From the NCBI GenBank assembly GCA_963828845.1, contig CAWHGE010000007.1, positions 26,021 to 90,020 on the forward strand: a stretch of 64,000 nt of DNA. The letters run 5' to 3'. Positions 26,461 to 36,466 of the stretch are shown one piece after another. Source of the DNA: an uncultured Chloroflexia bacterium. Lineage in GTDB: Bacteria; Chloroflexota; Anaerolineae; Anaerolineales; UBA4823. Position 1 is the first letter of the stretch; each line of letters starts with the position of its first letter. The notes below the pieces were generated by a model that was given only the letters and a program-made list of their open reading frames with translations, made no database searches and was not told where the DNA came from. A program made the translations under genes and the position numbers.

Positions 26461-27390
26461 ATGAGCGTACGCCGACTACTAGATATCCTGATTGGTATTT
26501 GCTTCCTCCCCATTTTAGTATCAGCATGCAATAAAAGCAGTCCAGTCTCTACCAACACGGCTGCCGTGATAAAGAGCTCTGAAACAGCTTTGTTTTCACC
26601 TGAGCCGTCTATCACCCCAATTCCACCCACACAAACGCCAGTGCCATTGGCGGCAGTAATCAATGGGGAGGGGATATCACTGGATGAATTTCAAGCGGAA
26701 ATAGCCCGCTTACAAGCATCTTCTGCCATAACTGGCACGATTCTCGCATCCGATACGAATACAATCGTCCTAAATGAGCTGATTGATCAAACCCTGCTAG
26801 CTCAGGCTGCAACTGAGAATGGATATTCTGTGGATGATACCCTGCTTCAATCAAGAATAAGTGCGCTCGAAGACCAGCTCGGCGGAAGCCAGGCATTAGC
26901 GGATTGGCAAGCTGCACATGGTTACTCAAGCGAGGATTTTGTGCAGGCACTAAAACGATCCATCGGCGCCGCCTGGATGCGGGATCAGATTATTGCAGCA
27001 GTGCCAGAGACTGCTGACGAAGTGCATGTGATGCAAATATTGGTGCCCACTTCAGCAGAAGCAGACCAGGTTTATGCCTCATTACAATCAGGAAAGGATT
27101 TTATAGAGGTAGCAGCCACGTATGATCCGCTGACTAAGGGAGATTTGGGATGGTTCCCACGCGGTTATCTAAGCGATGCAACCATCGAGGAAGCTGCGTT
27201 TGCGCTGGAACCCGGTCAGTACAGTGTGGTGATACAGACGGATATCGGTTTCCACATCTTGTATCTTGCGGAAAGGGATCCTGAACACACCCTCCAACCG
27301 GATGCCAGAAGGACATTACAAGTCAAAGCCTTGCAGGAATGGATCAACGGCCGAAGGAATCAAAGTGAGATCCAAATACTATTACCGTAG
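26461..27390 (+). CDS. parvulin-type peptidyl-prolyl isomerase lipoprotein (PrsA/SurA-like)
   Basis: Lipobox ILVSACNK. Rotamase domain HVMQILV...GDLGWFPRGYL...QTDIGFHILY. Confidence 0.75.
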   Translation: MSVRRLLDILIGICFLPILVSACNKSSPVSTNTAAVIKSSETALFSPEPSITPIPPTQTPVPLAAVINGEGISLDEFQAEIARLQASSAITGTILASDTNTIVLNELIDQTLLAQAATENGYSVDDTLLQSRISALEDQLGGSQALADWQAAHGYSSEDFVQALKRSIGAAWMRDQIIAAVPETADEVHVMQILVPTSAEADQVYASLQSGKDFIEVAATYDPLTKGDLGWFPRGYLSDATIEEAAFALEPGQYSVVIQTDIGFHILYLAERDPEHTLQPDARRTLQVKALQEWINGRRNQSEIQILLP

Positions 27391-27415
27391 CCTGATTTAA
27401 TCGGGGAGATGATAG

Positions 27416-28168
27416 ATGGATGGGTATGAATTTTCTGAGGTAAAAGCACCGCGACGGAGGAAAAGTTCTTCCGCTAGGGTGTGGAATATCTTGACCATTT
27501 TGGTGCTGATTATCTTGCTCTGTGTCGTGTCGTACTTCTTCCTGATCTATATGGACCCGAACAGTAATCTAAATCCATTTCCGCCGAGCACTTCGAACCC
27601 AGCTTTGGCAACCGCGACCGTCACTGTAATACCACGATTTACATTGGTCCCTTCATGGACACCAACCACTGTCATACTCCAAGTGACAGATACACCAGAA
27701 CCGCCCCAAGCGTCGATAGTTACGAGTAGCATAATCGAGGAACCAACCGCAATGGAGCAAATCATTGAAGGTACTAAATATGAACCGGCATTCGTGCTAC
27801 AACAAGGGAGCCCATCCGAGATCGCGGGAACACAGTTTCACCCAGATGCTGGATGCAATTGGTCTGGAGTAGCCGGACAGGCGATGAGCTTGAATGGTGA
27901 AGCGGTGAGGGGATTATTTGTACAGCTAGGAGGTACCCTACCCGGCGATGATAGCATAAATAACTTGACCATGACCGGATTGGCACCTCAATATGGTCCA
28001 GGTGGTTTCGAGATTACTTTGTCTGATAAACTGATTGCTTCAAACAGCACGCTATGGATCCAATTATTGGACCAACAAAACCTACCTTTATCAGACCGGA
28101 TCTACATCAGTACATTTGATGATTGTGAGAAAAATCTGGTTATTATCTATTTCGATCAGATACGCTGA
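27416..28168 (+). CDS. membrane-anchored hypothetical protein
   Basis: A basic N-terminus and one TM helix (ILTILVLIILLCVVSYFFLIY), then a Pro/Thr-rich linker and an extracytoplasmic domain with 2 Cys. Confidence 0.5.
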   Translation: MDGYEFSEVKAPRRRKSSSARVWNILTILVLIILLCVVSYFFLIYMDPNSNLNPFPPSTSNPALATATVTVIPRFTLVPSWTPTTVILQVTDTPEPPQASIVTSSIIEEPTAMEQIIEGTKYEPAFVLQQGSPSEIAGTQFHPDAGCNWSGVAGQAMSLNGEAVRGLFVQLGGTLPGDDSINNLTMTGLAPQYGPGGFEITLSDKLIASNSTLWIQLLDQQNLPLSDRIYISTFDDCEKNLVIIYFDQIR

Positions 28169-28199
28169 TAGAAAACCGAATTAATAAAAAAAGTAGTAA

Positions 28200-28234
28200 A
28201 GGCCGCCAGAATATTAACGGCAGCCTTATTTTTC
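28200..28234 (+). terminator. candidate rho-independent terminator
   Basis: AAGGCCGCC (28200-28208) pairs with GGCAGCCTT (28220-28228) with one mismatch, followed by ATTTTT. It overlaps the stop of the convergent gene. Confidence 0.45.
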
Positions 28235-29065
28235 ATCCCAAAGGGCTTTCATGTAAAGAGCATCATCTTCCATAATTGGGCTTTCGCACAATATTCTCCC
28301 ATGGCAATGGAACGCGGCCAATGACCGGAATAAACCATCAAGGTTCAGGTCAGATTCTTTGAGTGGAAGGTGCTCCCTTTCGCCTTTTTCTCCATATTGA
28401 ATGCCGGATAAGTGAATGTGTAAACGATTAAGAGACCCATCACCCAAGGTTTTTCCATACAGCTCGAGGATATGGGAGAATTCGTCATATGTGTTGATTG
28501 AGCCATCACCCGGGCGGGCATGCAGGTGAGCAAAGTCGATACAAGGCTCAACTCCTGGCAAAGTTTTTGCCATCGCAAGGGCATCCTCAAGAGAGCCAAG
28601 CATGGCAGATTTACCCATGGTTTCAGGGCGCAATATCACATTATTGCCTTTAGATCTGAGCTCCTCCATACATTTTTGAAGGCGTTGAATGGCAATAGGC
28701 AGTACTTCTGAAGGAGGTCTCCCAAAGTAGGATCCGGGATGAAAGATGATGTCGGTTGCTCCTGCCAGATTTCCATATATGGCAGAATCCATCAGGCGCT
28801 TGCGTGAATTAATCCACTCATCCTCAGTCGCATTAAGGTTGATGAAGTATGGGGCATGGATGCTGATCAAAACATCCTGCTCGCTAGCTGTAGATTGAAT
28901 GGCTGCACAGGTTTCCTCTGTCACCCGTACTGCACGTACCCAGCCGAGTTCCAGTGCATCCAGGCCTAGTTCTTTAAGACGCCGAATAGCACCTACACTG
29001 CCACCAGGTTTTTTGGGTGTGGAAATTGGTGAGCCGACGGTTCCGAAGCGGAAGGAACTGGACAT
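28226..29065 (-). CDS. endonuclease IV-like TIM-barrel protein (AP endonuclease family 2)
   Basis: ATG 29065 lies 5 nt after GGAGG. The spacing of metal-ligand-like motifs (HAPYFINL, FHPG, RPETMG, DFAHLH, HIHLS, EHLP) is like Nfo. Confidence 0.6.
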   Translation of the reverse strand: MSSSFRFGTVGSPISTPKKPGGSVGAIRRLKELGLDALELGWVRAVRVTEETCAAIQSTASEQDVLISIHAPYFINLNATEDEWINSRKRLMDSAIYGNLAGATDIIFHPGSYFGRPPSEVLPIAIQRLQKCMEELRSKGNNVILRPETMGKSAMLGSLEDALAMAKTLPGVEPCIDFAHLHARPGDGSINTYDEFSHILELYGKTLGDGSLNRLHIHLSGIQYGEKGEREHLPLKESDLNLDGLFRSLAAFHCHGRILCESPIMEDDALYMKALWDEK

Positions 29066-29142
29066 AATCACCTCCGGTTTAGTTTCTTTACTGTGGTCAT
29101 AGTTAATCGATAAAAGAATGCACAATGATAATTTTCGATAAA

Positions 29143-29538
29143 TTAAAACAGGGATTTAATAACTGCCCACAAAGGTGGACCCAGAATCAAAAGACCAATA
29201 ATAACGCTAGAGACGGCCGCAATCAAGACAGCAGCTGCACCAACATCCTTACCCACCCTGGCAAGCTCATGGTGTTGGTGGTTGGTAGCTAAATCTACTA
29301 CTGCCTCAAGGGCTGTGTTGAGAAATTCCGCGATCCAAACCAAGGCAATTGCCAGAAGGATCAATGCCCAGCTGGAGGCAGTGATGTGAAGGATGAAAGA
29401 CATCAGGATCACAGCAATACTAACTACCATATGGATCCAGGCATTACGCTGGGTTCGGATGACAAACCACCATCCTGAAAAAGCGTATCCAAAGGCCTTG
29501 ATGCGTGATTTTAAAAAACCCATCTGTTGGTTCGACAT
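29143..29538 (-). CDS. dgkA: diacylglycerol/undecaprenol kinase
   Basis: 131 aa, 3 TM helices, with AEFLNTALEAVVD and GKDVGAAAVL motifs. Confidence 0.8.
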   Translation of the reverse strand: MSNQQMGFLKSRIKAFGYAFSGWWFVIRTQRNAWIHMVVSIAVILMSFILHITASSWALILLAIALVWIAEFLNTALEAVVDLATNHQHHELARVGKDVGAAAVLIAAVSSVIIGLLILGPPLWAVIKSLF

Positions 29539-29540
29539 AA

Positions 29541-29994
29541 TCAGAGTATGCTGGTTAATTTGAGACCAAGCTTTTGCAAGATAACGTCTTGAGCGGCTTG
29601 CATCTTCACTTTATCTGCAGTCTCCATGTGGTCATATCCCAGGAGGTGCAAAGTTCCATGAACAACCAATAACTGTAATTCATCCACCAGTGCATGACCT
29701 TCAGAAGAAGATTGTTCCTGGGCACGTGCGAGGGAGATGACGATATCCCCAAGATAATAGGCTTGGGTGTCGGGATCGATCTCTCCGGACGGAAACGATA
29801 GTACATCGGTGGTTGAATCCACATTTCTGTATTTCAAATTGAGTCTTTGTAAGAACGCATCATTACCCACGACGATACTCACGTCTGAGTTTTTAGTGGT
29901 GTTGCGTAAAATCCAGGGTCATCTGAGCTGCCCGTAGTAGGATGGATTTTTCCACGGGGAGGCGGACGGAGCGTTTTACTTGAATAGTGACCAT
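29541..29994 (-). pseudogene. ybeY: rRNA maturation endoribonuclease YbeY, one frame break
   Basis: The C-terminal ORF has DVLSFP and HGTLHLLGYDH (the zinc site). The N-terminus MVTIQVKRSVRLPVEKSILLRAAQMTLDF (ATG 29994) is in another frame. The break is near 29890-29930. Confidence 0.8.
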
Positions 29995-30014
29995 GTGATT
30001 ATATTGAACCCTGC

Positions 30015-32180
30015 CTATTTTTTTTCATGGGTTGGCGAGGGCTCGAGATTGGGTGTGACTGGAGAAGTATCTCCATCCGGGAGTCTATAAGGCACGGGTT
30101 GGGTTTTAATTTCGCTCTCTGGTTTGGGATATTGGATGCGCGGATGATAGACACCTCGCAAAGTGGAGGTAAAGGAGCTGATAATCTCATCCAGATTTCG
30201 AATAGTTAGCTGGGTGTTATCCAGTTCACCGAGATCAAGCTTATCCTTCACTGCGTTTTTTATCAGCTCAAGGAGCTCGTCCTCATCCTTGGGTCTCTCT
30301 GCGCGCACACGGGCTTCACAGGTATCTGCCAGCATAAGTAAGGCAATTTCACAGGTGGAAGGGCGAGGACCGGGGTAACGAAATTTATCCATATCGATAG
30401 CTGCTTTGTTTGTCCCAGCAAGCTCAATTGCTCGGCCGTATTGGTAGCGGGTGATCGTGGTGCCATGATGTTGCGCAATGAAGTCGAAGATCTGTCGCGG
30501 TAGGTGGTACCTACGGGCTAAATCCAAGCCATCAGCCACATGGCGGATAATGGTGGCAGCACTGGTTTCCGGATCCAGGTCATTATGAGGATTCAGGTTG
30601 CCAGGTGGTTGATTTTCGATGAAGAAGTAGGGATTAATTATTTTACCAACATCATGGTACAGGGCGCCCACACGTGCCAGCATAGCATCCGCCCCGATGG
30701 TTTCAGCAGCTTGCTCAACCAGGTTCGCCAATTGGAGGCTATGCTGATAAGTTCCTGGAGCGTTTCTTAAGAGAAGCTGTTGGAGAGGATGATCTGGGCG
30801 GGAGAGCTCAATCAGCTGTAAATGCGTTGTCTTCCCTAAAAATTGTGCCAGATAATAGTGGAAAATCAATCCAATACTGGCTGAGGCGATACCATTGATG
30901 ATTGCTGCCAGAGCCAGTGTGGCTACACCAATCCAATCTGCAGTGGGTTGAATAATGCGATAAGCGATGGCGACAGCAGCAGCAGAAATCGCAATCGCCG
31001 CAGCGGACCAAAAGAATGTTGTCAACCTCTGAGCTCTGCGTAATACAAATACTCCAAATATGCTGCCTAATAAATAATAAAGAGTGAGGATTTGAGCTTC
31101 CGGCAAACCATAAGGAATCAGGTATGCCAGTGGAATAACAGAGATGATTGCCAACTCAGCTGAAAATAATGCCGAGATGGTCAGTGCAAAACCCATCACC
31201 GGGTATACATACGGGATGACGGCATGACCGGGGATGAATATGCGAGCAACAAACAAGAAGAGCAGGAAAAGAGCAATCAGCAAGGACAGCTTTCTCAAGC
31301 CTGGATTACCAGCAAAAAGGTCAGGGTTGCGACGATAGTAGAAAATAAATATGGCCGTGGTAATCAAAGATAATCCCAGTGAGCTGACGATATCTTGCCA
31401 ACGATTTATTGGCTGGGCGAGCCCGTATTGTTGTAGGGCTTCGTAATCAGTGACCGTGATGACTTTTCCACCCTGGATTATGGTTTCATTGGTCATGAAC
31501 GAGCGAGCGACTGGTGTGACAGAATCGCGGGCTTGTTGCCTGGCTGCTGCGGTCATTTGCTCATCATAGAGACTGTTAGGAACAACGAATGCTTGTATAA
31601 GGTTGGTAATGATTGTTGATTGGTCTTCGGGAAATGACAAGCTTACCAATGTTGGAACTTTTTGATCGACTGAAACAAGCTGATCTTCACGGATGGGCTC
31701 ACGCATAACCTGGTCGAGGACGGAAGTGGCTTCCTCTGAAACGGCTATCCACCGTGAAGCACTCAATGAGAGAATCGCTATGATCGTATCCCGGCTGAGC
31801 TGGATATCCGACAATGCAGCCAGGTCGCCAGTTTTCTGCTCCTGGGAAGCAAAATCGTCTGCTCGCACAGTATTGATATATACCAGAGTATTGCGTAGTC
31901 GTTCCAATTGCTGCCGGGCAATATTTGTATCGGCAGGAGAATAAATGATTGGAACAGCAGATGCCGCGGCATCTTGCTGCCGGGCGGTCAGGATTTGACT
32001 TTGATAAGTGAGAGCAACAGGGGCATGGATATCATATGGGGCAACATCGCCTACGCTCAGGGGAGGTTCTGATAAGTCTTGCAGAATGGGGAGCAATAAA
32101 GCCAGCAGGATAAACCCGCAGAAAAGCAGGAATATCAACCCCAAGAAGAAATCACGCCGGTTTAACCTAAATGCAGACAC
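30015..32180 (-). CDS. pgpH: 7TM-HD membrane phosphohydrolase (PgpH/YqfF, c-di-AMP phosphodiesterase family)
   Basis: 721 aa: an extracellular N-domain, a 7-TM block, and a C-terminal HD domain (ALYHDVGK, HH..T). Confidence 0.8.
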   Translation of the reverse strand: MSAFRLNRRDFFLGLIFLLFCGFILLALLLPILQDLSEPPLSVGDVAPYDIHAPVALTYQSQILTARQQDAAASAVPIIYSPADTNIARQQLERLRNTLVYINTVRADDFASQEQKTGDLAALSDIQLSRDTIIAILSLSASRWIAVSEEATSVLDQVMREPIREDQLVSVDQKVPTLVSLSFPEDQSTIITNLIQAFVVPNSLYDEQMTAAARQQARDSVTPVARSFMTNETIIQGGKVITVTDYEALQQYGLAQPINRWQDIVSSLGLSLITTAIFIFYYRRNPDLFAGNPGLRKLSLLIALFLLFLFVARIFIPGHAVIPYVYPVMGFALTISALFSAELAIISVIPLAYLIPYGLPEAQILTLYYLLGSIFGVFVLRRAQRLTTFFWSAAAIAISAAAVAIAYRIIQPTADWIGVATLALAAIINGIASASIGLIFHYYLAQFLGKTTHLQLIELSRPDHPLQQLLLRNAPGTYQHSLQLANLVEQAAETIGADAMLARVGALYHDVGKIINPYFFIENQPPGNLNPHNDLDPETSAATIIRHVADGLDLARRYHLPRQIFDFIAQHHGTTITRYQYGRAIELAGTNKAAIDMDKFRYPGPRPSTCEIALLMLADTCEARVRAERPKDEDELLELIKNAVKDKLDLGELDNTQLTIRNLDEIISSFTSTLRGVYHPRIQYPKPESEIKTQPVPYRLPDGDTSPVTPNLEPSPTHEKK

Positions 32181-32183
32181 TTT

Positions 32184-32627
32184 TTACGGTAACAGCTTTC
32201 GAACTACTTGACTGGCTTGATCGCCGGTCGCCCGTCCTTGTAATCGTGGGATGAGGATTTTCATGACCTGCCCCATCTCACGAATTGAGGTTGCCCCAGC
32301 TTCTGAGATGGCTATCTTTGCTATCGACTCCAATTCTTCTTCTGAAAATGCTGCAGGCAGATAACCTTGCAGAATTGTGATTTCCTGCTCAGCCTGGGTA
32401 ATCATTTCAGGTCGATTCGCTCGTTCTGCATCCACAATGGATTCCCGACGGGATTTTATCTCTTTTTGGATGATAACTAAATAGGCTGCCTCATCCATAT
32501 GGGCACCTTTCTCAACTTCCGCCAGCTTGATTGCAGATAATGCCATACGGAGGGTGCTTTTTCGAGTTTCCTCTCCATGGCGCATAGCATCTTTTAGATC
32601 GGATTGTAGAGTAGTTTTTAGGTCCAT
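32184..32627 (-). CDS. GatB/YqeY-domain protein
   Basis: 147 aa: LKDAMR...ALSAIKLAEVEKG...EIKSRRESI...GYLP. Confidence 0.8.
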   Translation of the reverse strand: MDLKTTLQSDLKDAMRHGEETRKSTLRMALSAIKLAEVEKGAHMDEAAYLVIIQKEIKSRRESIVDAERANRPEMITQAEQEITILQGYLPAAFSEEELESIAKIAISEAGATSIREMGQVMKILIPRLQGRATGDQASQVVRKLLP

Positions 32628-32705
32628 TTGATGAGGCTTCTTTCCAGATAACGACTTGGTTTTTATGATTAAATACTATTGTATCTTAATTAGTCACGCC
32701 TGGAA

Positions 32706-33986
32706 TTAAGCTGGAAGGATTTCCCCCACTAATCCACCTTGACTTTCTCCAATTATATGTACGTCCATCAACTGATTTCGACACGGTGAGGAGAAGATGG
32801 CGCTCACCCGCAGATAGTTATCGGATAAACCGCTCAGCTCCCACTGGTGGTCATTGGCTGGGGAGGCTTTTTCCCAGAGTATATGTAAATCGCGCTGAAT
32901 ATATTGATGCCGAAAGGTGGATGCACTTTGTTGAAAGATCTGGCGCATTATGGCATTTCTTTGCTTGCCTATCGACGGATTGATTTGATCGGGTAAATTC
33001 ATCGCCCTGGTGCCAGGTCTTGGTGAAAAGGTAAATACATGACCATTTGCAAAACTCATTGAATTGACAAATTCTAGACTTTCAGAGAATTCATCTTCTG
33101 TTTCGCCTGGAAAACCGGTGATGATATCCGTGGTAATTGCCACATCTGGTATAGCGGCACACGCATGGCGAATTAAGTCGGCATAAGATTGGGGGGTCAC
33201 TTTACGACCCATGCGGTGGAGTGTGGCTGCACTACCAGACTGTAAAGGTAAGTGTAAGTGACGGCAGAAACGTGAATTTTGCCAGAGCTCAAAGAATTCG
33301 GGAGAGATGTCCCAAGGTTCAAGCGAGGAAAGGCGTAATCGGGGTGTCTCGGTATCATCGAGGATAGCGCGGATCAGGTCCTGCAGGTGTAATGGGTGTT
33401 CGAAGTCATAACCCCATGATCCCAGGTGCACCCCTGTGAGGACGATCTCTCGGGAACCGCCATTCAGCGCTGAATGGATATCTTCTAAAACATCATTGAT
33501 TCGACGACTCCTACCAACACCTCGTGCAAGCCTGGTAATACAATAAGTACAATGATTGTCACATCCATCCTGAACTTTAATAAAGGCACGCGTGCGGAGG
33601 CGGTTACCAGGGATGGGTTCTCGTTGGATGGAGGTGTGATCAAATATTGAAGCGGGTATATTTAAAACAATTGGTACCAGGTTGTCTTTTTCCACGTTGC
33701 CGATCACCTGGCTTACACCAGGTAAATTAGCTGTGAGGTGGGGGTTGAGAGTAGCGTAGCATCCGGTGACAATGATCTGATGGTTGCCTGCCCTGGCAGC
33801 CTGGCGGATCTTTTGACGTGAGTCGGAGGCAGCGGCTGCGGTGACCGTGCAGGTATTGATCACGATAAGGTCTGCTAATGCTGCATCAGAGGTTAATGAA
33901 TGCCCGGCGAGACGGAATTGACGAGCGTAGGTTTCAATCTCACTTTGATTTAAGCGGCATCCAACCATATCCAAAAAAATCTTCAT
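32706..33986 (-). CDS. mtaB: MiaB-family methylthiotransferase, MtaB-like (ms2t6A37)
   Basis: UPF0004 N-domain (GCRLNQSE, NTCTVT), radical SAM GCDNHCTYC, and a C-terminal TRAM-like region. Confidence 0.7.
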   Translation of the reverse strand: MKIFLDMVGCRLNQSEIETYARQFRLAGHSLTSDAALADLIVINTCTVTAAAASDSRQKIRQAARAGNHQIIVTGCYATLNPHLTANLPGVSQVIGNVEKDNLVPIVLNIPASIFDHTSIQREPIPGNRLRTRAFIKVQDGCDNHCTYCITRLARGVGRSRRINDVLEDIHSALNGGSREIVLTGVHLGSWGYDFEHPLHLQDLIRAILDDTETPRLRLSSLEPWDISPEFFELWQNSRFCRHLHLPLQSGSAATLHRMGRKVTPQSYADLIRHACAAIPDVAITTDIITGFPGETEDEFSESLEFVNSMSFANGHVFTFSPRPGTRAMNLPDQINPSIGKQRNAIMRQIFQQSASTFRHQYIQRDLHILWEKASPANDHQWELSGLSDNYLRVSAIFSSPCRNQLMDVHIIGESQGGLVGEILPA

Positions 33987-34117
33987 AAAACTTAGGACAG
34001 CTCCTTAGATAAAAAGCTCGCCATTGGGATGCATAAGGCTTAGATTTAATTACGCCTTAAAGAAGACACATCGAAATGGTGAGCAGATATTCAGAATTTA
34101 GGCAAGATTACACCTAT

Positions 34118-34765
34118 CTATGGTTTATAAACAAAGAAATTATCAAATAGAATATCTGTACCAGCTGTGGTAAACGTACCTGCGATCAATCCAACATTTC
34201 CGGTCGTATAATCTCCATCCGTCTGCTGGTCAATCTGAGTATCATTGACGTAGAGTGTGAGGGTGGAACCGACACAATCAAAACGAATATGGTTGGTAGA
34301 TGCACCCTGGATTATCGTGTCACTTTGCAGCATGTTTTCATTACCGATGGGTTTCCCACCATCGGAGGTCATCTTCATAATCCCATAATAGCCATCACTG
34401 CTGATAACTCCATAATAAAACTTATCCACGCCAGAATATCGACAAAGAATCCCAAAATCATTGTCATCTGGTCCACTGTTCTTGGTGGCATCCGCCTCCA
34501 TGCGAGTGTCTGTGAAGCTCTCACTCCCTGGGTTAGCCCATACGTCGCTGTTGGTATCATTGACGATGATACGATAGGAATTGTTGTAGTAATCTGTGGA
34601 ACGTGTGCTATCCGAAACCTGATCCCATTTTTTGCTGGTGTTGGAAAAATCATCCGAGAATAAAATATTGCTCGATGGAGTTGGAGAACCAGTGCTAAAG
34701 CAAGCCAGGCTAGCGAATACCAAAGTGAGAATGATAATTAGAAACCGTATAGATTTCATTTGCAT
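34118..34765 (-). CDS. secreted lipoprotein with LamG/jelly-roll-like domain, hypothetical
   Basis: Lipobox-like signal LASLACFS, then beta-rich repeats with aromatic/Asp patterns (DFGILCRY, YYGVISSDGYYGI, LYVND). Confidence 0.45.
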   Translation of the reverse strand: MQMKSIRFLIIILTLVFASLACFSTGSPTPSSNILFSDDFSNTSKKWDQVSDSTRSTDYYNNSYRIIVNDTNSDVWANPGSESFTDTRMEADATKNSGPDDNDFGILCRYSGVDKFYYGVISSDGYYGIMKMTSDGGKPIGNENMLQSDTIIQGASTNHIRFDCVGSTLTLYVNDTQIDQQTDGDYTTGNVGLIAGTFTTAGTDILFDNFFVYKP

Positions 34766-34866
34766 TACTCCTGGTGGATTTAGATTGGGATGGATTGTAC
34801 CATTATCTGGATAAAGAACCTTCTATTTATAAACACAGATTTTACGACCCTCACTGAATAATTTGT

Positions 34867-36309
34867 TTATGGAAAGTAAAATTCCATCCATCTTTTGGCT
34901 TGAGCTGCAACCCACGAATCTGGATCCATCGTTTCTGCCTTACTCAACCATTGACGGGCTAAGTCGGATTCTTCAAGGTAGATGTAGGCCATGCCTAAAT
35001 GCAGGTATGCTGGGGTGAACCCGGGATCAGATTGAAGTGCACTTTGCGAGAACCGTTCGGCAGAGTGGTAATCTTGCAGGATCAACATTACCTGAGCCAT
35101 CACATCGAGAGAGCTGGCATCGAGAGGATCAAGTAGGATGGCTTGCCTGGCTGCAGGGAGAGCCAGCTCTCTGATTTGGATTTGGTTTTCAATGGCAAAC
35201 ATTGCCAGCTGCCGATAAAACAACGGGTCTTGCGGTGTAAGCTGGATGGCTGATTCATAGGCGGATTGAGCCGCTGGAAGATCACCTGCTTTAGACAAGA
35301 TGTTGCCAAGCTCGGAATATAAATAGGGATCGTCCGGACTCGAAGCGATGGCACGTTCCAGATATTGTTGAGCCTGAGCATAATCTTCCTGCCTTTCCCA
35401 GTAAAGACCCATGAGCGTATTGACGAGAGTTGAATTGCCTTCCAATTGGATTGCAAGCTCAAGCTCGGGTAATCCTATATCTGAGACCGAACCAATTTCT
35501 TGACGGCTGATTTGCTGGCGGGCTTCACCTAGAAATGCCCAGGCGTCGGCGTATCCTGGTCGGATAGATACAGCATTCTGAAATGCTACTGAGGCGAATT
35601 CCCACTTACCAAAATTTGCCAGTTGGCGCCCGACGATTAAATAGGTATAGGCTGGATCATCAAAGATATTTGCAGTGCGAATTTTGTCATGTAGAACCTG
35701 CGCATTTGAAGCATCAGTAGGATCAATTTCCCCTGCTTGTGCGAGAAATGGCAATGCTTTACTGGGATCGGTCATGGAATAGAGCAGCCCTATTTGATAG
35801 TATAGGTGGATATTGGATGGATTAAGCACCAACAGTTTTTCGGCGTAGCTGGCAGCAGATGCGTAATCCTTTTGCTGGAGATAAAGGTCAAGTAAACGCT
35901 GAGTGGCTGGGATTGATTCACCCAGCTCGGTGACATGCATCCATATTGCTGCAGCCATCGTTGCGTTACCCCTCTGGTTATAGGCATCGCCCAACATAAT
36001 TAAATCGTCAATTGTCAGGTGGGAGATAGCCCCAGGACGTTCAAAATAATCAATGGTCGACTTGGAGTCGCCTGCTTGGAAAGCATAATGCGCAGCGTCC
36101 AAATTTAAATCTATCCGCCAAGGGAAATAACTAGCCGCAACAGCCAGATTCTTGGAAGCATTTAGCATATCTCCATTGGCGATGGATTGGTAAGCTTTAG
36201 CTAGAAAGGTACTGGCGGCATGAGGGTATGGTGCAAGCCCTAATAAGGCAATAAAGATACTTACCACCAAGATGCGAAGATAAAAGTGTAAAGGAGACGG
36301 GGTATTCAC
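34867..36309 (-). CDS. TPR-repeat protein with N-terminal membrane anchor
   Basis: 480 aa with repeated A..YY.LG......A...F..A. 34-residue pattern throughout. Confidence 0.7.
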   Translation of the reverse strand: MNTPSPLHFYLRILVVSIFIALLGLAPYPHAASTFLAKAYQSIANGDMLNASKNLAVAASYFPWRIDLNLDAAHYAFQAGDSKSTIDYFERPGAISHLTIDDLIMLGDAYNQRGNATMAAAIWMHVTELGESIPATQRLLDLYLQQKDYASAASYAEKLLVLNPSNIHLYYQIGLLYSMTDPSKALPFLAQAGEIDPTDASNAQVLHDKIRTANIFDDPAYTYLIVGRQLANFGKWEFASVAFQNAVSIRPGYADAWAFLGEARQQISRQEIGSVSDIGLPELELAIQLEGNSTLVNTLMGLYWERQEDYAQAQQYLERAIASSPDDPYLYSELGNILSKAGDLPAAQSAYESAIQLTPQDPLFYRQLAMFAIENQIQIRELALPAARQAILLDPLDASSLDVMAQVMLILQDYHSAERFSQSALQSDPGFTPAYLHLGMAYIYLEESDLARQWLSKAETMDPDSWVAAQAKRWMEFYFP

Positions 36310-36466
36310 CAGGGTTGATTATATAGCAAAAGAATGTCGCAATCGACTCCTTTCTGCGAGAGGGGTAGTATAGATTCAAGCAAGGAGATGCCATCAGTGG
36401 GTAATATTCGCATTCAAGCACGCATGATTTATAATGGGGCTATCCTACTAATTCCGGAGGTTGTAC